From the NCBI GenBank assembly GCA_937900325.1, contig CALCEX010000216.1, forward strand, positions 1,920 to 65,919: 64,000 nucleotides of DNA, given 5' to 3'. A program made the position numbers and the translations under genes. The notes under the pieces were generated by a model. It worked only from the letters and a program-made list of their open reading frames with translations. It had not been told where the DNA came from and ran no database searches. Each line of letters begins with the position of its first letter. Position 1 is the first letter of the stretch. Positions 1-8,216 of this stretch are shown here, piece after piece. This DNA comes from an uncultured Clostridia bacterium. GTDB taxonomy: Bacteria; Bacillota; Clostridia; Christensenellales; CAG-138.

Positions 1-716
1 ACGGCCAGGATATGGGCATAGTCACGGTAGACGACGAAAGCGTGGCGAGCACGCAGGAATTTGCGGACGGGTTCTATGAGGACAGCGGCATGGGGATAGG
101 CGAAAACCGCACCGGCGTGCTGTTCTGCCTGGATATGTACAACCGGGAGGCGTATATCTCCACCGCGGGGGACATGATAGACATAATAGACGACCAGCGG
201 CTCGAGGAGATACTGGACGCCCAGATGGAATACCTTGCGGAGGGGGATTACATGGGGGCCTTTTCCGCAGCGCTGGATCAAACCAATGAGTTTATAGAAA
301 TGGGCGTTGCGGATAACCACACCGCCATAGACGCGGAGACGGGCGAGGAGCTGGAACCCTCGGAATACGGCAGCACATATACCCCCAAAAAGCCGAAAAC
401 CCCGGCGGAGAGGGCGGCGGGCGCGGCTGCGCTGGGCGGCATTGGCGGCCTTACGGGCCTTTTTGCGGGGCTTATAGCCAAGGGCTCCATAAGGCGGAGC
501 TACGCTAAAAAATACCTTCCCTCTAAATATGACTGGCGGACAAACTCAAAGCTCGACCTTCGGGTAAACGATTCAAAGCTCGTAAATAAGTTTGTCACTA
601 CGAGGGTGATACCCCGCAATAACAACACCCCCCGCTCCGGAGGGGGCGGCAGCGTAAGCAGCGTGCATATGTCCTCGGGCGGCATGCGTCACGGCGGGGG
701 CGGGAGAAGCTTTTAA
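1..716 (+). CDS. TPM-domain (YgcG-like) protein, 5' end outside window
   Basis: The frame is open from the window edge to the first Met at 12. The core GVLFCLDMYNREAYISTAG...LEEILD is typical of the TPM fold. It is followed by a hydrophobic segment AAALGGIGGLTGLFAGLIA and a Gly-rich tail. Confidence 0.55.
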   Translation, partial: GQDMGIVTVDDESVASTQEFADGFYEDSGMGIGENRTGVLFCLDMYNREAYISTAGDMIDIIDDQRLEEILDAQMEYLAEGDYMGAFSAALDQTNEFIEMGVADNHTAIDAETGEELEPSEYGSTYTPKKPKTPAERAAGAAALGGIGGLTGLFAGLIAKGSIRRSYAKKYLPSKYDWRTNSKLDLRVNDSKLVNKFVTTRVIPRNNNTPRSGGGGSVSSVHMSSGGMRHGGGGRSF

Positions 717-779
717 GGGCTTCGCTAAAACCGCATCCGGGGGGGTGGGAATACTGTTCTTTATACCGAGATCCTGAAC

Positions 780-1097
780 TTGATATCGATTGAGGCTCAA
801 TCGATCGAAACTCAATCAGAATTGATTGACGTTGTTGTTGACGCAAGCAACTGGAATAATGGCGATGGGTATATCGCGGCTTTCCCGCGGGAGAGGATAG
901 AGCAAAAATCGAATGCCGATACTATGGTAAATACAATAGAGCATGAGTTCGTACTTGTTAGGAACGGAGATGAAATGCGGATTATACGACATCGGATATA
1001 TTGTATTTCATTCGCAGCCACTCAAAATTTGCTGATCAAGCATTGCCGGGATATCGATGATATGGACGAAATAAAAAAGCTCCTCGCGGAGCTATAA
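780..1097 (+). CDS. hypothetical small protein (orphan, lower GC; start uncertain)
   Basis: ORF-track entry with a TTG start and no visible SD. Its first 50 nt are occupied by a dense palindrome cluster, so the true start may be downstream or the ORF may be non-coding. Confidence 0.3.
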   Translation: MISIEAQSIETQSELIDVVVDASNWNNGDGYIAAFPRERIEQKSNADTMVNTIEHEFVLVRNGDEMRIIRHRIYCISFAATQNLLIKHCRDIDDMDEIKKLLAEL

Positions 1098-1208
1098 AAA
1101 TAATTACGGTATCTATGGGGGCGGCCTGCTGTACGCAGCGCCTCAAAAAACGGAGAACCGCGCAGGGAGGACGCCCGCTGAATAAGACGGGAAGGGAACC
1201 GCAGGAGC

Positions 1209-1853
1209 TTATAGATCCACCCTTTCGTAGGCGGCGGCAGACATACGGAAGCTCAGCAGCATACCAATGATATAGACCGCGATACTCGCCGCCAGAGCCG
1301 GGATCAGCCGCGGCTGCGCGGCCGCGTCCATGTCGTCCAGCCAGCTCAGCGCCGGGATGTGGGGCAGAATCTCCAGCGCCAGCATGAGCAGCGCCATGGG
1401 AACGGCGGCCTTGAAAAAGGCCACGCCCACCTTATAGCCGTTTTTGTAGAAGGAGGGCAGGAATACGATGTTGAACAGCGCATACAGCAGGAAGCCCGCC
1501 GCCAACAGCGCCAGATTGGGATCGAGCCCCACCAGATTGTCCTTGCCCGGCTGCAAACGCGCCGAAAGCAGGCAGCAGAGCGCCAGCACCGCCAGCGACA
1601 GCAGCTCGGTCAGCGCCGTGAACAGGCAGCCGGCCCTGACCGCGTCCCTCTTTGGAACGGGCAGCAGCGCCGTGTAGTACAGATCCTTCTGCTCCCGCGC
1701 GTTAAGGAAGCTGAAGAAAAGCCCCAGCGTGACATAGAAGAAAATGACGGTATAGGGGTAATTGGGTATTATGACCATAATACCGGACAGGCAGAATACT
1801 ATCGTCATGGGATGGCATACCAGCCGCAGCTGCTTATATAATAGCGCCTTCAT
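1209..1853 (-). CDS. ABC-2 type transporter permease (multi-pass membrane protein)
   Basis: About 6 hydrophobic segments. It overlaps the upstream ABC ATPase gene by 20 nt (operon). Confidence 0.6.
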   Translation of the reverse strand: MKALLYKQLRLVCHPMTIVFCLSGIMVIIPNYPYTVIFFYVTLGLFFSFLNAREQKDLYYTALLPVPKRDAVRAGCLFTALTELLSLAVLALCCLLSARLQPGKDNLVGLDPNLALLAAGFLLYALFNIVFLPSFYKNGYKVGVAFFKAAVPMALLMLALEILPHIPALSWLDDMDAAAQPRLIPALAASIAVYIIGMLLSFRMSAAAYERVDL

Positions 1854-2571
1854 CCAGCGGCCTCCTTTCCACGTGTACGATTATATCCTCCAGCGTAGCG
1901 CCCACGCCCTTGTAATGGGCGCGGAAATCGCCCAGCGAACCGGTGTATTGCAGCTCGCCATCCTTGATAAAGGCGATATGGGTGGCGCATTTTTCCAGGT
2001 CGGAGGTGATGTGTGTCGAGAACAGCACGCTGCGATCGCCGTCCGCCGCCAGGCGGCGCAGCAGTTCCGTCAGCTCGTCCCGGCTCACCGGGTCAAGGCC
2101 GCTGGTCGGCTCATCCAGGATCAGCAGCCGGGCGTTGTGGCTCAGGGCTATGGCGATCATGTATTTGACCTTCATGCCGCTGGATAGCTGATCCACCCGC
2201 TTTTCCTCGTCAATGGCAAACAGGCGCAGGTAATGGCGGTATTTGTCCTCGTCCCAGTTGTCGTAGAACCGCCGGGTAACGTCGGTAATGACCCTTATCT
2301 TCTTTTTCGGGTAGAAATCGACGCCGCCCAGCACCACGCCCAGCTCCCGCCGGATGGCGCGCTCGTTGGCGGCGTAGTCCATGCCGAACACCTTTACCTT
2401 TCCCGCGTCCGGATGCACCATGCCCAGAATGGACTTCAGCGTGGTGGATTTGCCTGCGCCGTTGCGCCCGATGAAGCCCATCACCGCCCCCTCCGGCACG
2501 GCGAAGGAAACGCCGTTCAGGGTAAACGCCGGGTAGCGCTTGGTAAGCCCCTTTACCTCCAGTATGTTCAT
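1834..2571 (-). CDS. ABC transporter ATP-binding protein
   Basis: Walker A GRNGAGKST, signature LSSGMKVK, Walker B LLILDEPTSGLD. Confidence 0.9.
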   Translation of the reverse strand: MNILEVKGLTKRYPAFTLNGVSFAVPEGAVMGFIGRNGAGKSTTLKSILGMVHPDAGKVKVFGMDYAANERAIRRELGVVLGGVDFYPKKKIRVITDVTRRFYDNWDEDKYRHYLRLFAIDEEKRVDQLSSGMKVKYMIAIALSHNARLLILDEPTSGLDPVSRDELTELLRRLAADGDRSVLFSTHITSDLEKCATHIAFIKDGELQYTGSLGDFRAHYKGVGATLEDIIVHVERRPLDEGAII

Positions 2572-2798
2572 TCGCCGTCCTCCCCGCCGCCGCTGGGCAG
2601 GCTGTTGAATATGGTTTTCATCAGCGGGTTAAGCCTGTCCGCGGTTTGCAGCGCTATTCCCTTTTTCTTATCCGCCATCAGCACCAGCGCGTCCCCCGGC
2701 TGGAGGCCGAACATATCCCGCGCCTCCTTTGGAATGACGATCTGCCCCTTGGGGCCGATCCTCACGCTGCTCATAAAATACCGCTCGTCCTTATCCAT
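2568..2798 (-). CDS. AbrB/MazE/SpoVT-family DNA-binding protein
   Basis: SVRIGPKGQIVIPKEARDMFGLQPGD matches the SpoVT-AbrB swapped-hairpin motif. It has a 4-nt overlap with the ABC ATPase start. Confidence 0.7.
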   Translation of the reverse strand: MDKDERYFMSSVRIGPKGQIVIPKEARDMFGLQPGDALVLMADKKKGIALQTADRLNPLMKTIFNSLPSGGGEDGE

Positions 2799-2847
2799 AC
2801 GATCGCTCCTGTTGGTTGGAATGGTATAACTTTTCTTACTTTACGGA

Positions 2848-2876
2848 ATTATAGCACGCTCGCCTACTGATGTCAA
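2848..2876 (-). promoter_or_regulatory. sigma-70-type promoter for the abrB-like/ABC operon
   Basis: The minus strand reads TTGACA (2876-2871), a 17-nt spacer, then TATAAT (2853-2848). Both hexamers are perfect consensus, about 50 nt upstream of the ATG at 2798. Confidence 0.6.
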
Positions 2877-2932
2877 GAACGAAAAAAAGACGCGGCGGCG
2901 CTCATACCAAAGCGGCCCGCATACTCCGGCGC

Positions 2933-3190
2933 TTACCTTTTCAAAAAGGAGAACAGTCCCTTCTTCTCATATGGGGCGGCGCTTATCTCTCCCGCAGTGT
3001 AGCCGGTTGCGTCAATGGCGGCGCGGAGGGCCTTTTCATCCAGCGGCGCCTTGGAAATAATGACCGTTTCGCCCCTCGAATGAGACGAGCTGACCTTTTC
3101 AACAGGGAATTTTTCCCGGATCGCATCGTTGACGTGCGCCTCGCACATTGAGCAGGCCATGCCGGAGACCTTTATCGTTGTTTTTATCAT
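2933..3190 (-). CDS. heavy-metal-associated (HMA) domain protein, CopZ-like
   Basis: N-terminal VSGMACSMCEAHV (GMxCxxC metal-binding loop); 85 aa. Confidence 0.75.
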   Translation of the reverse strand: MIKTTIKVSGMACSMCEAHVNDAIREKFPVEKVSSSHSRGETVIISKAPLDEKALRAAIDATGYTAGEISAAPYEKKGLFSFLKR

Positions 3191-3310
3191 TGTGATACCT
3201 CCTTATTGTATGTCAGGCGTTGGTTAGCCGCAGCTAACCAACGCCTGAATTCATTATACCCCCATATTGGGCCGTGTCAAGGCCCCGCGAGGCTTATGAG
3301 GTGCAAAGCC

Positions 3311-4174
3311 TCAGGTTATCAGCTCCACGAAGGAGCGGAACTCCTTTCTGTCGAGGGCTTCCGGGCGGTAGGCGACGCATATGTCCATATATTCCCTTGG
3401 GTCAAGGGAAAGCGGAAGGATATCCTTATAGTTGCTTACCAGCTCCCTGGGCAGGAACATTCCGCACTCGGGAGAGCGGCGGACAAACTCGATCATGGCG
3501 TAAGGCCTGTTTGCCTGAAATACGATGTTCGGCCTGCAATTGTTTTTGCGGTACAGGGTAGAGACCTTTTTGAAGTTGTAGGAGTCGTTTTCCAGCGAGG
3601 CTATGGGCATTCGATCTATCTGGCTGAAGCTGATGCCGGGCTGAAGGGAAAGGGGATTTTCCCGGCTCACGCAGAAGCACAGCTCCAACGATGCAACATA
3701 ATCATAAGCCAGGCCCTCTACCTTGTCGCCATCGTTAAGACAGAGGGTGCAGTCTATGAGCTCGTTTTTCACCATTTTCAGCAGCTTCATATAGGCTTCT
3801 TCTATAACGTTGAGGCGTATGCGGCTGCTGCCATGCACCTTGTCCACAATATCGGGCAGCACGCATATTCCCGTTACCGGCGGCACGCCTATGCGTATCT
3901 CCGGGTTGGCGTGGTTTTCCTGCCGCTGCAGGTTTACTATGGTGGAATCCAGCGAGTCGAGCACGCTGCATATGGTCTTATACAGCTTCATGCCGGCCTC
4001 GGTGATGATTATCTTTGTGTTTTTACGGTATATGAGGGTGAGGTTCAGCTCGTCCTCAAGGTTTTTTATTCCCACGGAAACCGAAGGCTGGGAAACGCAC
4101 AGCTTATCTGCGGCCTTGGAAATGCTTTCGTACCGACACACCGCTCTAAAATATCTGAGCTGATTGAGAGTCAT
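3311..4174 (-). CDS. LysR-family transcriptional regulator
   Basis: N-terminal HTH MTLNQLRYFRAVCRYESISKAADKLCVSQPSVSVGIKNLE, length 287 aa, divergent from a transporter/peptidase operon. Confidence 0.85.
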   Translation of the reverse strand: MTLNQLRYFRAVCRYESISKAADKLCVSQPSVSVGIKNLEDELNLTLIYRKNTKIIITEAGMKLYKTICSVLDSLDSTIVNLQRQENHANPEIRIGVPPVTGICVLPDIVDKVHGSSRIRLNVIEEAYMKLLKMVKNELIDCTLCLNDGDKVEGLAYDYVASLELCFCVSRENPLSLQPGISFSQIDRMPIASLENDSYNFKKVSTLYRKNNCRPNIVFQANRPYAMIEFVRRSPECGMFLPRELVSNYKDILPLSLDPREYMDICVAYRPEALDRKEFRSFVELIT

Positions 4175-4218
4175 GGGATCACCGCCTAAAGCTAAGGGAT
4201 ATTCAGATGTATATGCCT

Positions 4219-4244
4219 CTTAATATGTTTCTTAATATATTAAG
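4219..4244. promoter_or_regulatory. candidate LysR operator (direct repeat plus 14-bp perfect palindrome)
   Basis: CTTAATAT at 4219-4226 is repeated at 4231-4238. CTTAATATATTAAG (4231-4244) is a perfect palindrome in the divergent intergenic region. Confidence 0.35.
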
Positions 4245-4428
4245 CGATTACGCAGGCTCTGTAAAGAGCCAAATACCGGCATGAAACAAGCGGGAGCCCC
4301 ACTCTGCCGCCGCCATAGGCGGAGCCTATAAGCCATAGGAAAAATATAGTGGCAAAAATGTGACAAAGCCGTTAAATTAAAAATAAGTCATACGTTTTAC
4401 ACCCGTTTTACACCTGAAAGACACATCA

Positions 4429-5184
4429 ATGAAAAAAATCAGAAGGAGAGGTAACACAGGTATGGAAAACATCCAGAGTATAATGAACAGCCCGGCGCTG
4501 TGGATAGTATCAGGGGCAATGGTCCTTGTGATACTCATTCAGGCAGCGTGGTTCTTTAAGGCGGCGCTGAAGGAGGCAAAAAGGCTTGAGATACCGTCCA
4601 CGGACATAAAGAACGGTATGCGCTCCGCCATGATAACGGCAGTGGGCCCCTCCCTTGCCCTGGTAATAGTCCTCATATCCATAATCACCATAGTCGGCGC
4701 GCCCACCACCTGGATGAGGCTCAACGACATAGGCGCAGGACGCACGGAGATATCCGTCATAACCCTGGCCTGCGAGCTTATCGGCGTCACCCCCAACGGC
4801 GAGGGCTTCGGCGTGGACGCATTCTCCATATCCCTCTGGGCGATGGCCCTCAACAACTTCGGCTGGCTGCTGGTGGCATTGCTGTTTACCGGAAAGATGA
4901 GCTCCGTGGTCGTCAAGCTGAACAGCAAGTATGACCCCAAGTGGGTAAAGACCCTGATGAACGGCACCACCTTCGGTATCTTCGGCTATCTGTTCATAAA
5001 CAGCATCTGGAAAAAGACCATAAACCCCTACTTCATAGTGGCGGCCGCCATATCCGCCGTATCCATGGTGCTCATCAACAAGTTCTTTGCGAAGAACAAG
5101 CGAATGCAGGAGCTTTCCATCGGCCTTGCCCTGCTGATAGGAATGTTTGCCACCACCGGCATACAGTATCTTATCGGCCAGTAA
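4429..5184 (+). CDS. multi-pass membrane protein (DUF5058-like, function unknown)
   Basis: Several TM segments. An alternative start at 4462 (MENIQS) is possible. The family name is recalled, not searched. Confidence 0.55.
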   Translation: MKKIRRRGNTGMENIQSIMNSPALWIVSGAMVLVILIQAAWFFKAALKEAKRLEIPSTDIKNGMRSAMITAVGPSLALVIVLISIITIVGAPTTWMRLNDIGAGRTEISVITLACELIGVTPNGEGFGVDAFSISLWAMALNNFGWLLVALLFTGKMSSVVVKLNSKYDPKWVKTLMNGTTFGIFGYLFINSIWKKTINPYFIVAAAISAVSMVLINKFFAKNKRMQELSIGLALLIGMFATTGIQYLIGQ

Positions 5185-5219
5185 TGACAGCGAACAGTCC
5201 ATCATAGGAGGTATATAAC

Positions 5220-5879
5220 ATGGATTTCACTAAAAAATCGGTAAGAATAGGTACCATTACCACCATTCTCGCTATCGTGGCAAACTTTCTGCCCGCCATA
5301 TATGTATCCATAGCGTACGACGCCATGCCGGAGCTCTCCGTGCTGCTTGCCCTGTGGGGAATACTGGCCGCCACCTATTTCTTCAGCTGGGTGGTGCAGC
5401 CCATATCCTTCTTCCCCGCCCTGGGCACTGCGGGAACCTATATGTCCTTCGTTGCCGGCAGCATAGGCGATATCCGCATCCCAGCAATAACCATGGCCCA
5501 GAAGGCCTCCGGCACCGAAGCGGCCACCCCTAAGGGCGACGTTATGGCGGTAATCGGCGTCGCGGCGTCGGTAGTGGTCTCCTTCCTGATAGTTACCCTG
5601 TTCACCTTCATTGGCCAGGCGATCATACCCCTTTTCCCCAAGTTTGTGAACGACAGCTTTACCTATATGCTGCCCGCCCTGTTTGCAGCCGTTTATACCA
5701 ACATGGCGCAGAAGGACAAGCTCTCCGGCGGGAGCATCATCATTCTGGTCATTGCCTGCTTCGGCATAGCCAAGCTTGCGGGCATACCCTCCGGCATAAT
5801 CCCCCTGCTCTGCGTCGTAGCGGGCGGCCTGGGCGCCCACGCCATATATAAGAAGAAAGCCGCCGCCCAAAGCAAGTAA
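5220..5879 (+). CDS. multi-pass membrane protein, function unknown
   Basis: GGAGG SD 8 nt upstream of the ATG; about 6 TM segments; co-oriented with flanking genes. Confidence 0.6.
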   Translation: MDFTKKSVRIGTITTILAIVANFLPAIYVSIAYDAMPELSVLLALWGILAATYFFSWVVQPISFFPALGTAGTYMSFVAGSIGDIRIPAITMAQKASGTEAATPKGDVMAVIGVAASVVVSFLIVTLFTFIGQAIIPLFPKFVNDSFTYMLPALFAAVYTNMAQKDKLSGGSIIILVIACFGIAKLAGIPSGIIPLLCVVAGGLGAHAIYKKKAAAQSK

Positions 5880-5937
5880 CAGACGGCTCGCCCGGAAACA
5901 TTTCCGAATATATTAACAAGAAAAGGAGAAATACAAC

Positions 5938-7041
5938 ATGAACAGCATACATGAAGCAAGGCTTGAACAGCTCCGCAAGGCCATGCGCGAGCAGGATGTG
6001 GACTGCGTAGCAATATGCAACTCCCCCAATCTCTTCTACATGACAGGATACGCTCCCAAAAAGGACGAGCGCTTCCAGGTGGTCTTTATCCCCCAGAACG
6101 GCGCGCCGGTGCTGGCTGTGCCCAAGATGTATCATGTGAACTCCAGCAAGGAGTGCGACGTTGAGGATCAGCGCACCTGGGTAGACGGCGACGACATGAA
6201 CGGCTATGTAAAGGGCCTGCTCAACTCCATAGGCGTTACCGGCGGCCGTGTGGCAATAGACGACACCTTCGAGTTCCGTACCTTCAACCTTATACGCAAC
6301 GCCATACCCAACGCGGAGTTCGTGCCCGGCAGCAATCTTTTTACCATACTGCGCATGCGCAAGAGCCCGGACGAGATAGAGCTTATGAAGAAATCCGGCG
6401 AGCTGAGCGACCAGGCCGTCAAGATGGTCATAGACGAGATAGCCTCCGGCTCCGGCAAGAGCGAGGCGGAGCTCAAGACCTGGATAGAGTACTGGTACCA
6501 GATGCAGGGAATGCTGGACGGCTTCTCCAACCTGATAGCCTTCGGCGTACACACCGGCTCCCCCCATCATGTAAGCGGCAGCGCCGTGGCCAAACCCGGA
6601 GACGCCATATATCTTGACCTGGGCGGCGCTTACAAGCACTATTGGTCCGACATTACCCGTTCTCTCCATTTCGGCAAGCCCTCGGACGAATATGTGGAGA
6701 TATACAACCGTGTCCGGGAAGCGCAGCACATCGCCTTCGAGACCATCAAGCCCGGCGTGCGCGCCTGCGATGTTCACATGGCTGCCTGGAACTACCTTGC
6801 AAAATATGACCTGGCCCAGTATTTTCCCCACAGAACAGGCCACGGCATGGGCATGGACGGCCATGAGCTGCCCAACCTCTCCAAGGACAACCCTCTCATC
6901 CTGGAGCCCGGCATGACCTTCTCCTGCGAGCCCGGCGTATACAACGGCCGCTTCGGCGTGCGCATTGAGGACACGGTATGCGTAACCGAGACCGGCGCAA
7001 TGTCCTTCAACCATTTCACCAAGGATCTGATCGTTCTTTAA
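5938..7041 (+). CDS. M24-family Xaa-Pro dipeptidase/aminopeptidase
   Basis: Creatinase-like N-domain followed by the pita-bread motifs HRTGHGMGMDGHE, EPGMTFSCEPG and RIEDTV. Confidence 0.85.
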   Translation: MNSIHEARLEQLRKAMREQDVDCVAICNSPNLFYMTGYAPKKDERFQVVFIPQNGAPVLAVPKMYHVNSSKECDVEDQRTWVDGDDMNGYVKGLLNSIGVTGGRVAIDDTFEFRTFNLIRNAIPNAEFVPGSNLFTILRMRKSPDEIELMKKSGELSDQAVKMVIDEIASGSGKSEAELKTWIEYWYQMQGMLDGFSNLIAFGVHTGSPHHVSGSAVAKPGDAIYLDLGGAYKHYWSDITRSLHFGKPSDEYVEIYNRVREAQHIAFETIKPGVRACDVHMAAWNYLAKYDLAQYFPHRTGHGMGMDGHELPNLSKDNPLILEPGMTFSCEPGVYNGRFGVRIEDTVCVTETGAMSFNHFTKDLIVL

Positions 7042-7080
7042 GCCGTTCTGTAAGCCGGTACCCCCCCCCTTGCAGATATG

Positions 7081-7110
7081 AAAAAAGGCCCGGCAATGCC
7101 GGGCCTTTTG
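7081..7110. terminator. bidirectional intrinsic terminator
   Basis: AAAAAA-GGCCCGGC-aat-GCCGGGCC-TTTT (stems at 7087-7094 and 7098-7105), between convergent genes. Confidence 0.6.
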
Positions 7111-7116
7111 CGCTTT

Positions 7117-8067
7117 TTACATTTTCTTGAGGTTGGCCATATTGGCGCGGATGCCGTCGCAGCAGGCGTGGAACTCGGCAAGCTCCTCCTTCGTAAGGGG
7201 CAGCTCTATTACCTGCTCGACGCCGTCCTTGCCTATTATGCAGGGAACGCCCGCAAACAGGCCGCTTTCGCCGTATTCGCCGCAGAGGGGCGCGCTGGCG
7301 GGCATGACCGTTTTTTCATCCTGAAGCACCGCGCGGGCCATCCGCGCAGCGGTGGTGGCGATGCCGTATTCCGTGCAGGCCTTGCCCGCAAAGGTGACCC
7401 AGGCGCCGCCAATAGATTCCTTCTGCATCGCCTCCCTGTCAAAGCGGAAGCGTTCATCCGTCTTTGCCATAGTGTCAAGGGGCACGCCCCTGAAGCTTAC
7501 GCAGGACCAGGGCGCGAACTGCCGGTTGCCGTGCTCGCCGAGCATATAGCAGATTATGGAGCTGTGGTCTATTCCGGTCTGGCGGGAGAGGGCGCTGATG
7601 AGCCGGGAGGTATCCAGCGCGCTGCCTGTGCCGAAAACGCGCCCCCGGGGCAGGCCGAGAAGGGAGGCCACCTCATAGGTAAGCACGTCGCAGGGGTTGG
7701 TAACGTTGATGAGAACGCCGTCAAAGCCGCTGCTCTTCAGGCTTTCGGTATAGTTGTATGCCGCCGGTGCGGTATAGTTTATTTCGGTGTTCCTGTCGTG
7801 GGTGCCCTGAAGCAGGCCTATCTTGCCTATGCTGTTGATTATCACGTCACATTGGCCGAGGTCGGAGATATTGCCGCTGCGTATGCGAACGCGGCGGGGC
7901 ATATACGCCACGGCGTCGTCAAGATCCTGCAATTCGCTTTCCACCTTCTGCTGCACTGCGTCCACGAGTATGATCTCGTCCGCAATGCCCTGCACCGCGA
8001 GCGCATATGCGGTATGTGCGCCGACATGGCCTACTCCGGCGATGCCCACAGTCTTTTTCTTATACAT
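7117..8067 (-). CDS. L-lactate / L-2-hydroxyacid dehydrogenase family
   Basis: GIAGVGHVGAHTAYAL Rossmann motif, NVTNPCDV, catalytic-His motif LGEHGN. Start moved to MYKKK (8067), which has AGGA 8 nt upstream. Confidence 0.8.
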   Translation of the reverse strand: MYKKKTVGIAGVGHVGAHTAYALAVQGIADEIILVDAVQQKVESELQDLDDAVAYMPRRVRIRSGNISDLGQCDVIINSIGKIGLLQGTHDRNTEINYTAPAAYNYTESLKSSGFDGVLINVTNPCDVLTYEVASLLGLPRGRVFGTGSALDTSRLISALSRQTGIDHSSIICYMLGEHGNRQFAPWSCVSFRGVPLDTMAKTDERFRFDREAMQKESIGGAWVTFAGKACTEYGIATTAARMARAVLQDEKTVMPASAPLCGEYGESGLFAGVPCIIGKDGVEQVIELPLTKEELAEFHACCDGIRANMANLKKM

Positions 8068-8168
8068 AAACATCATCCTTTCGGTTAAAAAATAAACGAT
8101 TTTTAAAAATTGCATACAGTTTATCATAAGAAATTAGATATTGCAACAGAAAATATGCGCCGGACGGC

Positions 8169-8193
8169 AAAAAAAAGCCGCGATGAACGCGGC
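8169..8193 (-). terminator. intrinsic terminator downstream of the P-type ATPase
   Basis: The minus strand reads GCCGCG-ttcat-CGCGGC followed by T8. Confidence 0.6.
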
Positions 8194-8216
8194 TTTTGGC
8201 TTAAAGGTATTGAGCG

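Noticed and set aside
5749-7014. Long antisense ORFs opposite well-supported genes. Examples: 5749-7014, 8110-9162, 9069-10388, 11464-12717, 12672-14030, 26063-27466, 32525-34171, 36313-37683, 41246-42880, 47916-49388, 51046-52149, 62706-63992, 54457-55482.
   Set aside because: These are typical shadow frames of a high-GC genome. They have Arg/Ala/Gly/His/Tyr-biased composition, no recognisable motifs and no SD, and each is fully overlapped by a gene with clear family signatures on the other strand.
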